This document shows positions 10,658 to 23,114 of a stretch of 64,000 nt of DNA, piece by piece. The translations under genes and the position numbers were made by a program. Numbering within the stretch: the stretch's first letter is position 1; the number at the start of each line of letters is the position of its first letter. The DNA comes from Octopus sinensis (lineage: Eukaryota). The DNA lies in NCBI RefSeq assembly GCF_006345805.1, contig NC_043015.1, positions 42,594,001 to 42,658,000 on the forward strand. The letters run 5' to 3'. The notes under the pieces are model-generated. The model saw only the letters and a program-made list of their open reading frames with translations, ran no database searches and was not told the DNA's origin.

Positions 10658-11004
10658 TCTATATATATAAAACTCTAGTTGTGTGAGTGTCTGTCCCCTT
10701 CGATTTAGATTCCTAACTACTCCCACGGAGTTGGTGTCCATGGTCACACCTGCACCTGTTTGCTTCTCCCCCTTTTTCCCTCCCTCGTGAAGCTGTGGGG
10801 AAGGGAGTGTAAGGAAATCAACGTCGTAAAGCGTTGTCAAGGAGACCAGCGTTCTTTTAGAACAACGACTTCATGGCTTGAAGACACCAAAACAGAAATG
10901 GCTAAGAAAACCCGAATTGGCATCTATAAGGGAAGTAACTCTCTAAAAATGCTTATATAGTTATTTCCCTTACAAACCCGAGCAACGCCGGGCGATATTG
11001 CTAG
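10658..11004 (+). mobile_element. Non-autonomous Helitron
   Basis: 5' A|TCTATATATATAAAACT. 3' subterminal hairpin CCCG-AGCAACGC-CGGG, then CTAG|T. Inserted between A and T with no TSD. Confidence 0.75.
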
Positions 11005-11623
11005 TAAGTAATATATTTTCAATTTGATTCTATAATTTTTAAGGGAAGCATTACTTCCCTTGCTTCCATGGACTTCATGCCTATGATAGTGTTTGTGTCC
11101 CTGTAACTTAGCAGTTTGGCAAAAGACTCCAATAGAATAAGTACCAGACCTTAAAATTAAAATGAATAAACATGAGTTGATTCGTTTGACTAAAACATAA
11201 ATTGAAGGCTGTGCCCCCCGGCATGGCCACGGTCTAGTGACTGGAACAGGTAAGAGAATAAATAAAGATTACACAACCACACCTGTATGATGATAAACTT
11301 GCTATCATCATCATCGTTCAATGTCCACTTTCCATGCTGGCATGGGTTGGATGGTTCGACTGAGGGCTGGGCAAGCCAGAAGGCTGCGCCAGGCTCCAGT
11401 CTGATCTGGCAAAGTTTCTACAGCTGGATGCCCTTCCTAATGCCAACCACTCCGAGAGTTTAGCAATTCAAACAACTGGGTTTAATAACAACAAGAACTA
11501 AAGTTTATATCTCAAAAGATATTATTTATATTTGTAGAATATTTACATACATACATCTTTGCTTATAGAATAATACCTTCTCAAAAAATATAGAGAATTA
11601 CAATGGTTTCTTCCAAGATGGTT

Positions 11624-11722
11624 CTACCGTCTTGCTCGGTCGCTTCGGTTCTTCACGTTTGCGTAGTCATAGAAATGCTTTCCAATTTTCTTCTGTCTCT
11701 CTTTGCGATCCAGTTTGCGACG
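11624..11722 (-). CDS. GNL2: GNL2 last coding exon ([32 protein letters not shown])
   Basis: Conserved terminal G..Y...NVKNR motif; TAG stop at 11626-11624. Confidence 0.9.
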   Translation of the reverse strand, partial: RRKLDRKERQKKIGKHFYDYANVKNRSDRARR

Positions 11723-12501
11723 CTGAAGGAAATAAAATGAAATGCCAAGGTGGTCAAAATAGATCGAGAACTTTTCAGGAGTTTACCATAGACACACACA
11801 CACACAAAAGAAGAAAGAGAAAGTCTAAAGAAGACTAAGATTGTTGTGAGACTGACGAATTTGCTTCTCAACCTTGGTTTAGTTCCACAACTTGGCACTT
11901 TAGCTGCCTTCTACTAGAAACCCAAACCGATTAATGACTTGTGAATGACCGTGATAGACAGAAACTGTATTATTCCTACTGTGTGAGTGTGTGCATATAT
12001 ATATATATAGATGTACTTGCATAGCAAGTGACCTGATCTGAGATCGCGTGCTGGAACGAAAACAATTGCAGCGTGGAAGGTGTTTATAAGCCATTTAAGA
12101 AACACACAAAAACCGTTAGATGCAGCACAAAGTTTTATCAGTGAACAGGTCGCGGTCTCAAAGCGACGAAAATATTTTGACACCTTCCATTCTGCAAGAA
12201 CACCTTCAACACACCACGGGTCTCTTCGACCGGGGTCTGGTAAGCCATGGAGGCTGCACCGAGCTCTAGTCTGATTTGGTAGTGTTTCTACAGCTGGATG
12301 CCCTTCCTAATGCCAACCATTCCGTGAGTGTAGTTGGTGTTTTATACGTGCCACCAGCACAGGGGCAAGAGCAGGCTGGCAAACGGCCACGATCGTTTGG
12401 TGCTTTTCTGTGTCACCGACACGGACGCCAGTCAAGCGGCGCTGGCATCTGCCACGTTCCGACGGTGATTTTTATGTGTCACCGGCACGAGTGTCTTAAC
12501 T

Positions 12502-12534
<33 letters not shown>

Positions 12535-13720
12535 CACACACACACACATTGCATGTGTGTGTGTGCGCCTTTGTGTCTGTCTCTGCATCACCATTTTACA
12601 ACTGGTATTGGTGTATCGACATCCCTGTAACTTAGCAGTTCAGCAAGAGAGACCAATAGAATAACTACTAAGCTGAAGAAGTCCTGGGGTCAATTTGTTC
12701 GACCAAAAGCTCTTCACGGTGGTGCTCCAGCCTGGCCGCAGTCAAATGATTGAAACACGTAAAATAATTCCCAATGATATAATAGGGCTTTTTAAGCATT
12801 GAATGGCTGGGAGGGTCCATGTGAGCAAAACAGGAAACAAAGGGGTCCAGAGGTAGAAAAAAAGGGTTTTGAGCAACACTGACCTAAGGCACAATTCTTC
12901 ATTACTTCTACAATATTTTTACAAAAGCTGAACATCATAAAACTGCTGTATCATGGCCAGCCTTAAAATCTGAGCAGTTAAAAAAAACAAACAAAACAAA
13001 CCAAAATAAACTTACTTGTTTTCCGGTCAACTTAGGAGCTTCATCTTCATCGGAACTTTCTTGGTGTCGCTTCTGCTTTCGTTTCTTATTCTTGCCTGAC
13101 TTGGCTATGTTCACCTTGGAAGAACTTTCCTTTGTTGCACTGGTACTAGGCTTGCTTTCTGGTTCCTTCATCTTGTACATGAAATCAGCTGAAATATTCG
13201 AAGACAAAGAAAAAGGGAAAAATGAAAAGCACTGGCATGGCCATGTGGTTAAGAAGCTAGCTTTGCAACCACATGTTTTTGGGTTCAATCCCACAGTGTG
13301 GCACCTGACCAAGTGTTTTCTACTATTATAGCCCCTGGTTGACCAAAGCCTTGTGAGTGAATTTGATGGAAAGAAACTGAAAGAAGGGTTGTCACATGTG
13401 TGTGTTGGTACTTGTTCCTGCTACTGCTTGACCTGGTGTCAGTTTGTTTGTTCCTGTAACTTAGCAGTTTGGCAAAAAGATAATGATTGAATAAGTACCA
13501 GACTTCATAAAAAAAATGTAAGATTAAAAAAAAAAAAAACCCATGTAAACCTATAGGCGCAGGAGTGGCTGTGTGGTAAGTAGCTTGCTTACAAACCACA
13601 TGGTTCCGGGTTCAGTCCCACTGCGTGGCATCTTGGGCAAGTGTCTTCTACTATAGCCCCGGGCCGACCAATGCCTTGTGAGTGGATTTGGTAGACGGAA
13701 ACTGAAAGAAGCCTGTCGTA

Positions 13721-13767
<47 letters not shown>

Positions 13768-15393
13768 ATGTGTTTGTCCCCCTAGCATTGCTTGACAACC
13801 GATGCTGGTGTGTTTACGTCCCCATCACTTAGCGGTTCGGCAAAAGAGACCGATAGAATAAGTACTGGGCTTACAAAGAATTAATCCCGGGGTCGATTTG
13901 CTCGACTAAAAGGCGGTGCTCCAGCATGGCCGCAGTCAAATGACTGAAACAAGTAAAAGAGTAAGAGTATGTAGAAAGATAGAAACCTGGACATCACAAT
14001 GAACTACAAAGTCAGAGACCAGTGTGTACAGCTACTCTCCATCTTCCTGTTAGGCATTAACCCATTCATTACCATATTTCTGTGCTTCTTTCAATTAATT
14101 TTAAATAGAGCAAAGAATTAGTAAAATAACTTAGTTATCATTAAGCTAATGTTAGGAGCATAAATTGTGTAAGTGATTTTAATGATTCTAACAATTTATA
14201 TTAATGTTTTTTTAATAACTACTTGTATTCTTATCTTATATGCATTGAATTTTATGGATGGAAGCACTCCGTCGGTTACGACGACGAGGGTTCCGGTTGA
14301 TCCGATCAACGGAACAGCCAGCTCGTGAAATTAACGTGTAAGTGGCTGAGCACTCCACAGACACGTGTACCCTTAACGTAGTCTTCGGGGATATTCAGCG
14401 TGACACAGAGTGACAAGGCCGGCCCTTTGAAATACAGGTACAACAGAAACAGGAAGAAAGAGTGAGAGAAAGTTGTGGTGAAAGAGTACAGCAGGGATCA
14501 CCACCATCCCTGCCGGAGTCTCGTGGAGCTTTTAGGTGTTTTCGCTCAATAAACACTCACAACGCCCGGTCTGGGAATCGAAACCTCGATCCTACGACCG
14601 CGAGTCCGCTGCCCTAACCACTGGGCCATTGCGCCTCCACCATTGAATTTTATACTGTATATATGTATGTTGTTATGGTTGTCGTTTTCATAATTAAATA
14701 AGTCAACATTCTAATATCCTAAAGCTGATAAACCAACTAATGTGTTTCTCCATTTTCACGTGACCGACCAGGCTATCAGATGTTGCTACACATCGCTGGT
14801 CACAATGCACTTCGTATTGTTTTAGCCTTCGAATGACGCCACCCCGCTGGCTAAACGAGCAGGCCAACAGAAGAAAGAGTGAGAGAAAGTTGTGGCGAAA
14901 GAGTACAGCAGGGGTCGCCACCACCTCCTGCTGGAGCCTCATGGAGTTTTAGGTGTTTTCGCTCAATAAACACACACAACGCCCGGTCTGGGAATCGAAA
15001 CCGCGATCCTCCGACCATGAGTCCGCTGCCCTAACCACTGGGCCATTGCGCCTCCACATTTGTAATATATATATATATATATATATGTATGAAATGCTGA
15101 ACAATGAAAATGAGTGCTCTACACCGCATTGATAGATAGAGGTTCTTTAGTCATGTATTAAGGCTACCATTGGTTTCATGTTAAGAAAAGTGTTTCAATA
15201 TCTTAACAATTTTTCAAGCCGATCATATGGAGGAATGGTGTTTGTTTCCATTTTGGATGAAAACACAAAGTCTTGAATTCTATGAATTCACGAGACTTTG
15301 TGTGCTTGTCCAAAATGGAGACAAACATCATTATTGAAGAATTTTTAAGATAATAAAATATTTTTCTTAACATGAAACCAATGGTAGCCTTTA

Positions 15394-15427
<34 letters not shown>

Positions 15428-18400
15428 CAGTCCAACAATGGGTTAGCTGCTGAAACTTCGAAGTCACAGTCAACAACATCCTTGTTTAAGAATAATAAAT
15501 TTTTACTCTAGAAAAGTATAGAGTAACCCATCAGATTAATGCAAATTTAAAAAAAAAAATTATAACTGAACATAAAAACAAACATCAATATAAATAAATA
15601 TATATATATATACCTTCATCATCAGAATCCTCTGGCATCTGTTGAACAGCAGAAATACCACTTCCTGATGGAATACTCTCAAGAGAAGCTGTCAAAGACT
15701 TTTCTTTGGTTTCATCTTTGCTGTTCTCAATTATCTCTTCGCTCTTATCTTCGTCTTTTGCTGATGTATTTTCTTGTGCAGCCGTCTCCGTAATACTTGA
15801 TGATTCTTTGGAAATGGATTTATCTGAAGAATCATCAGTTCCCTTATCTTTTTCTCCAGCAGCAGCAGTAGCAGCAGCAGCAGTAGCAGCAGTTTGCTCT
15901 GCTTCGTTAGACTTTGTCATTAACTCAACGAATGCTTCCGCATCGGCCGATTCCTTCTCGACATCAGGAATTGCAATTTCTTTCGTCTCCTCTCCATCTT
16001 CATCGCTTTCTTTGTCTGAAACATCTTCAGCGTCGGAATCGTCCCGCGATACATCCAAGTTCACGGATTTAACGTCATCCGCAACAAACTCTGGTTGCAC
16101 CTGAATTTTGCGCAAGTCCTGCTGCACCTGTGGAATGGCTTTGACTGTTTCCTCACCTATTACTGCGGTTTCCTGTGAAGCGGTCTCAACGACTACTTTG
16201 TCAACAATGCTTTCTATTTCGTCTCCCTGCAAAAATTAAATTAATCATTCATTTCAGAATACAATCAAGCATAAGTATCTGGGATTTCTGGAAGACAGGA
16301 AAATAACTTTGAACTTTTATTTACTAAATTATTTAAATCACTCTTACAGCAAAGCAATCACCATCATCATCATCATCATTATTTAACGACCGCTTTCCAT
16401 GCTAGCATGGGTTGGATGATTTGACTGAGGTCTGGCGAACCAGACTCCAATCTGATCTGCCAGAGTTTCTACAGCTGGATGCCCTTCCTAACGCCAACCA
16501 CTCTGAGTGTGTAGTGGGTGCTTTTACATGCCACCGGCACGAGGGCCAGTTTAGTGGTACTGGCAACGGCCATGCTCAAATGGTGCATTTTATGTGCCAC
16601 CTGCACAGGAGCCAGTCCAGCGGCACTGGCGACGACCTCACTCGAATGTTTTTTCACGTGCCACCATCACAAGTGCCAGTAAGGTGACGCAGGGAATGAT
16701 CACGCTCGAATGGTGTGTTTAACGTGCCATCAGCACGAAGGCCAGCTTGTTGCTCAGGCAATGATCTCACTCGTACATGTACCTTCATACTGGTGTTGAC
16801 ATCAGGTAGCCAAATACTGTGAAGAGGCTTTAAACAGCATACTCAAATATAAAATTATTACACACACACACACATTTATATATATGTAGATATTCTTATT
16901 TCTTTTTCTTTAGCAGCAGTTGTAAATAAGTTGCATTTTCACTCCTGTTAATAAAGGCTGCAGTGATGTCCTAAACTGCATATCATCGAGTGTGGGCTGC
17001 CATGGTTCGTGATGCCATCAGAACCAGAGAAGAAGCCGGCTCAACCCGTCCTGGGTGAATTCCGTCACAAGCAAGCAAGCAAGCTTAAACTGCATGCTAT
17101 TTTGCCAGAAACAAAATACTTTCTCCAGCAACCATAAATATATGCGCAGGAGTGGCTGTGTGGTAAGTAGCTTGCTTATCAGCCACATGGCTCCGGGTTC
17201 AGTCCCACTGCGTGGCACCTTGGGCAAGTGTCTTCTGCTATATCCTTGGGCCGACCAAAGCCTTGTGAGTGGATTTGGTAGATGGAAACTGAAAGAAGCC
17301 TGTCATATATATGTATATATATATATGTATGTATGTATGTGTGCGTGTATGTTTGTGTGTCTGTGTTTGTCCCCCTAGCATTGCTTGACAACCAATGCTG
17401 GTGTGTTTATGTCCCTGTCACTTAGCAGTTCGGCAAAAGAGGCCGATAGAATAAGTACTGGGCTTACAAAGAATAAATCCTGGGGTCGATTTGCTCGACT
17501 AAAGGCGGTGCTCCAGCATGGCCGCAGTCAAATGACTGAAACAAGTAAAAGTATATAGACACGCCTGATCCTTGCAAGCATGGAAAAGTGGGCATTGAAA
17601 TGGATGTTGAGGAAGCCAGCCAGCCACACACACACAAAACACCTAATACATTAAAAAAAATTTGTCCACACCTCTCTTACTGGTGGTTTAACAAAATACG
17701 GAAGACGTCCTCGCTGCCAATCATTCAACACAATTTTGGAAATATTGTTGAAATCTGGGTCACCACCCTGAAAATAGTTACATCAAAAAGACACAGAAAT
17801 TTAGAAGTTTATATAAAAAAAAAACAGTTTCTTAAAAAAATTCATTCATTTATATCATAATGCATTCCAGAAGTAACTAATCCATTCTGACATGGGCTGA
17901 ATGGTTCTTCTGTGTTGCTTCTCTCCAAGAAATTCCATATTTTATGAATTCTTCTGTTGTCATTTTGGTTCCTGTGTTAGTGTTTCTCAGCTGGGACCCA
18001 TTTGATCCTTAAGGGTCCATCTAAGGTTTTGATGTTAAAATTTCTGTGTATAAATTGGTTACATTTCTACAATGCACAAAATATTTAACCCTTTCATTAC
18101 TGTATTTATTTTGAGATGCTCTGTGTTTCTTTCAATTACTTTTAATATAACAAAGAATTTAGTAAAATAACTTAGTTATCATTCAGCTAATGTTAGGAAC
18201 ATATACTGACTAAGGTTTGGTGGAAGATTTGAATTCAAAACTTATGAAAACAAGACATTTGTACTACAGAGCCAGAGCCGGTTTCAACAGGAGTGGTAAT
18301 GAAAGGGTTAAAAATATCATGGTGACTTTAATCTTTTTGTTACCATATTTTGTACTACAGAGCCAGTTTCAGCTGGGTTGGTAATGAAAGGGTTCATTTT

Positions 18401-19905
18401 TTTTATTTATTATTCCTAAATTTCTTTTATATACAATGAATGGTTAAGAGTGTCCAGTAGAATACAATAGGAGTGAAAGGGGTCTTTAGGCAGATGAGGT
18501 TGTGAATAGCAAAGAAAGGACTTTGACAAACAATCAATTGATTGTTTAACCAACACATTAAACAAATGACCAATTAGTTGGTTGGTTATATATATTTCTT
18601 TACTACCCACAAGGGGCTAAACATAGAGGAGACAAACAAGGACAGACAAAGGTATTAAGTCGATTACAAAGACCCCAGTGCGTAATTGGTACTTATTTAA
18701 TCGGCCCCGAAAGGATGAAAGGCAAAGTCGATCTTGGCGGAATTTGAACTCAGAACGTAGCAACAGACGAAATACTGCTGAGCATTTCGCCCGGCATGCT
18801 AACGTTTCTGCCAGCTTGCCGCCATTACCATTAACAACTGGTGTTGGTTTGTTTATATCCCCACTACTTAGCAGTTCAGCAAAAGAGACTGAAGACTGAT
18901 TGATAAGTCCAAGACTCAAAAGAAAAAAGAAAAACATAAATACTTGGGTCAATTGCTTTGCCCAAACCTTTCAAGGCAGTGCCCCAGTATGGCCACAGTC
19001 CAATGACTGAAACAAGTGAAAGACAGAAGGTAACTCTCTCCTTTACTCTTTTACATGTTTCAGTCATTTGACTGTGGCCATGCTGGAGCACCGCCTTTAA
19101 TCGAGCAACTCGACCCGGGACTTATTCTTTTGTAAGCCCAGTACTTATTCTATCGGTCTCTTTTGCCGAACCACTAAGTGACGGGGAGATAAACACACCA
19201 GCATCGGTTGTTAAGCAATGATAGGGGAACAAACACAGACACATAAACACACACATATACGTACATATATATACATATATACATACGACGGGCTTCTTTC
19301 AGTTTCCGTCTACCAAATCCACTCACAAGGCTTTGGTCGGTCCGAGGCTATAGTAGAAGACACTTGCCCAAGGTGCCACGCATTGGGACTGAACCCAGAA
19401 CCATGTGGTTGGTAAACAAGCTACTTACCACACAGCCACTCCTGCGCCTAACGAGAAATAAAATCCAAGACAGATTTCTTACCTTCAATAATTTCCCGTA
19501 TCTTTTGGCAAGTTTTTCCAGGAAGTCTTCTGTACCAGTCCAACCTTCTATTTTGTAGGCTCGTGTAATATATTCAGGTCGTACTCGTTCAAGTACAGCT
19601 CCGATGTAGTCTTCGGGATTCCTCAGATGTTCCACTCGTACCTGGAATTTAAGGAGAATGCTTTCATTACAACAAGGTTATCCAGAACAAGCCACTGGCG
19701 GATCAGTCCAATGGATGGAGAAGTGTTTCTCAAAGTTATGAAGAACCCCCCAAGCTTTAAGGAAAAATTCTGGTGTTCTGCAACACGAGAGGAGGCGTCT
19801 TTTAAGAGAATTTAATAAAAATATATTTTATAAAAGAATGGTACATATTTATTATATGTTTGATTTGGTGAATGGAAACTGGAAGAAACCTGTTGTGTGT
19901 GTGTG

Positions 19906-19939
<34 letters not shown>

Positions 19940-22900
19940 TATATATATATCATCATCATCGTTTAACGTCCGTTTTCTGCGCTAGCACGGGTTGGACGGT
20001 TTGACTGGGGTCTGGGAAGCCAGGGGCTGCACCAGGCTCCAGTCTGATCTGGCAGTGTTTCTACAGCTGGATGCCCTTCTTAATGCCAACCACTCCGCGA
20101 GCTGTAGTGGGTGCTTTTTACGTGCCAGGGGAGTCTGGCATCGGCCACGATTGGTTGGTGCTTTTAACATGCCACCGGCACGGAAGCCAGCCAAGGCGAT
20201 ATATATATATATATATATATCATCATCATCGTCGTTTAATGTCCGTTTTCCATTCTAGCATGGGTTGGACGGTTTGATCGGAGTCTGGGAAGCCAGGGGC
20301 TGCACCAGGCTCCAGTCTGATCTGGCAGTGTTTCTACACACATAGAGAATGGTTTAGTGGCTAGCAAAAGCAAAAGATGAAGACATTCAGATGATGAATA
20401 TTTAAGTACAAATATTTAGATATTTATATTAATAGATCCAACTTACACAGAGTACAAACAGAGAAAATTAATTTTGAATAATGTAGTCCTAGAGTTACAA
20501 AAGAACGGGATGGTCATGGATGGAGAGAATGAAATCTCTATAATACTTACCACACCTTTCAAAACGATTTCTGTAGGAGTGGAACCAGACGGATACACCA
20601 CACCAGGACAATCTACCAGATATATTCTTCTCATCAGTGTTATGTACTGCCACACCTGTAAAACAGAAAGAAGAGAATGAATTGAGTTATAAGAGTAAAT
20701 TAGTACGTAAAGAAATACTAAAGATGAGAGACGAAGCATTTTATGTGATAGAATGTATGAACCCTAGGCGGCGAGCTGGCAGAAAAGTTAGCATGCCAAG
20801 TGAAATGCTTAGCGGTATTTCATCTGCCGTTACGTTCTGAGTTCGAATTTGCCTTTCATCCTTTCAGGGTCGATAAATTAAGTACCAGTTACACACTGGG
20901 GTTGATGTAATCGACTCAATCCCTTTGTCTGTCCTTGTTTGTCCCCTCTGTGTTTAGCCCCTTGTGGGCAATAAAGAAATAAGAATGTATGAACCTTTTA
21001 GCATTTTAACCAGCCATATCCAGCCCAAATCCAAGGGGGTGAGGTGAAAAGTTCATAGGCTGACTATGAAGGGGTGATGCTAGAGCTGTGAAATCTTGCT
21101 TGCAGTAATTTCAAGTCTTCTTATTAACAACTGCATTGTTTTTTTCCAGGTAAACTGACACCTGGCTGTTCAAAAAGACTTCAAAAGTAACTAGTATTGA
21201 CTTCTTTTGAAAATGGATAAAAAGTTTGGTATCATGGTTTTATCAAGTACCTGCAGAAAAAGGGTTTAGCTCCCAACGACATTCATTCTGACATTTTTGC
21301 TACATTAGTTTCAGCTCACGAGCCGTGGCCATGCTGGGGCACTGCCATTAAATAAACTATGCGCCCGCAGAGGGACTCGAACCCGCGTCCCTCAGATTAC
21401 TTCTAAAGTTGACCTATAAAAGTCTGATGCTCTACCGACTGAACTATGTGGGCGACAAATAAACTATGCACCCGCAGAGGGACTCGAACCCGCGTCCCTC
21501 AGATTACTTCTAAGGCTGACCTATAAAAGTCTGATGCTCTACTGACTGAACTATGCCAGGATGCTGCCCACTCGGCACCCAGGCTACATTCTTAGCGCCC
21601 CCTCCCCCACCACAAATATAGACCCACTTTCTGCAGCAAATTCAAAACAAATAAAACTTAATTAAACCTAATTAATCTATTAATTTTTTTTTTTTTTACA
21701 TCTATCACCTGATTGTGGCCACCCCATTATCATCCTATTTTTCTTCAACATTCCACTGGATCTTTACACTGCCCACTTTGAGAATCCCTGCTCTAGCTCT
21801 ATCAACAGTGCAAAAGCAGGTGGCTCAATTTAGGAGGGGAACAGAGAGTCTTGAAGATGACCCAAGCTTTGGATATCTTGCACCAAGGAAAACGTTGATT
21901 ATGTTCATCACATGGTGATGGACGACAGGTGAGCGACTATAAATCAAATAGCCAATGGTATTAGCATATCCAGCTGTAGAAACACTGCCAGATCAGACTG
22001 GGCCTGGTGCAGCCAACTGGCTTCCCAGACCCCAGTCGAACCGTCCAACCCATGCTAGCACGGAAAGCTGACGTTAAACAATGATGATGAGAGAATTAAG
22101 AATATTCTGCACAAAGAACTTGGCAGGAAATCACATCACAAGAAAGTATGACATATTGAGGCATATCCAGCTGATTTCTTTGAACATTTCCTAACCCAGG
22201 ATGAATGTTGGACTCATCACTTTGAGTCAGAGAGAAAGAGACAATCCATACACTGGAAACACCCCTCTTCATCTGCTCCAATGAAGGCCAAGGTAATTTG
22301 AGGGAGATTTGGTTGCTATTTCTAATAGGTCAAGAGTCCACATAGAGGCTCCCTCATAGACTGATCCCCAAAATTGTTTACTCTTTTACTTGTTTCAGTC
22401 ATTTGACTGTGGCCATGCTGGAGCACCGCCTTTAGTCTAGGAAATCGACCCCCAGGACTTATTCTTTGTAAGCCTAGTACTTATTCTATCGGTCTTTTTT
22501 GCCAAACCGCTAAGTTACAGGGACGTAAACACACCAGTATCGGTTGTCAAGCGATGTTGGGGGGACAAACACAGACACACAAACACATATATATCACGGG
22601 CTTCTTTCAGTTTCTGTCTACCAAATTCACTCACAAGGCTTTGGTCGGCCCAAGGCTATAGCAGAGGACACTTGCCCAAGGTGCCACGCAGTGGGACTGA
22701 ACCCGGAACCATGTGGTTGGTAAGCAAGCTACTTACCACACAGCCACTCCTGCGCCTATTTGTTTACTGTTGTATAAAAAAAAGTATTGTTCATTCCACT
22801 GAACTCATAAAACAGCAATACAATAAACGACAAGAAATCAAATTGAACATTGAAATCTCTCTAGTACTCTTTTACTCATTTGACTGCGGCCATGCTGGAG

Positions 22901-23075
22901 CACCACCTTTAGTCAAACAAATCACCCCCAGGACTTATTCTTTGTAAGCCTAGTGCTTATTCTATCAGTTTCTTTTCCCAAACAGCTAAGTTATGGGGAA
23001 GTAAACACACCAATATCGGTTGTCAAGCAATGGTGGCAGGGAAAAACAGATATACATACACACACCCACACGCAC

Positions 23076-23114
<39 letters not shown>

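Larger units (their letters stand above)
21030..22295 (+). mobile_element. Mariner (irritans/Hsmar2-like) fossil, interrupted by insertions
   Basis: TIR-like GGGGGTGAGGTGAAAAGTTC and decayed transposase pieces: [20 protein letters not shown] (~21213-21300), [21 protein letters not shown] (~21800-21865), [25 protein letters not shown] (~22190-22290). Confidence 0.75.

Noticed and set aside
13560-13640. tRNA-like heads of SINE families as tRNA genes
   Set aside because: No complete cloverleaf or acceptor stem, and they are continuous with SINE bodies.
15706-16104. 132-aa plus-strand ORF
   Set aside because: Antisense shadow of GNL2 exon 13.
19640-19800. Possible intronic H/ACA snoRNA in GNL2 (also ~17870-18020)
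   Set aside because: The hairpins are too short and there is no proper ACA box. The segments contain AGTGTTTCTCA, resembling hAT MITE ends. An Infernal/snoReport run would be needed to revive this.
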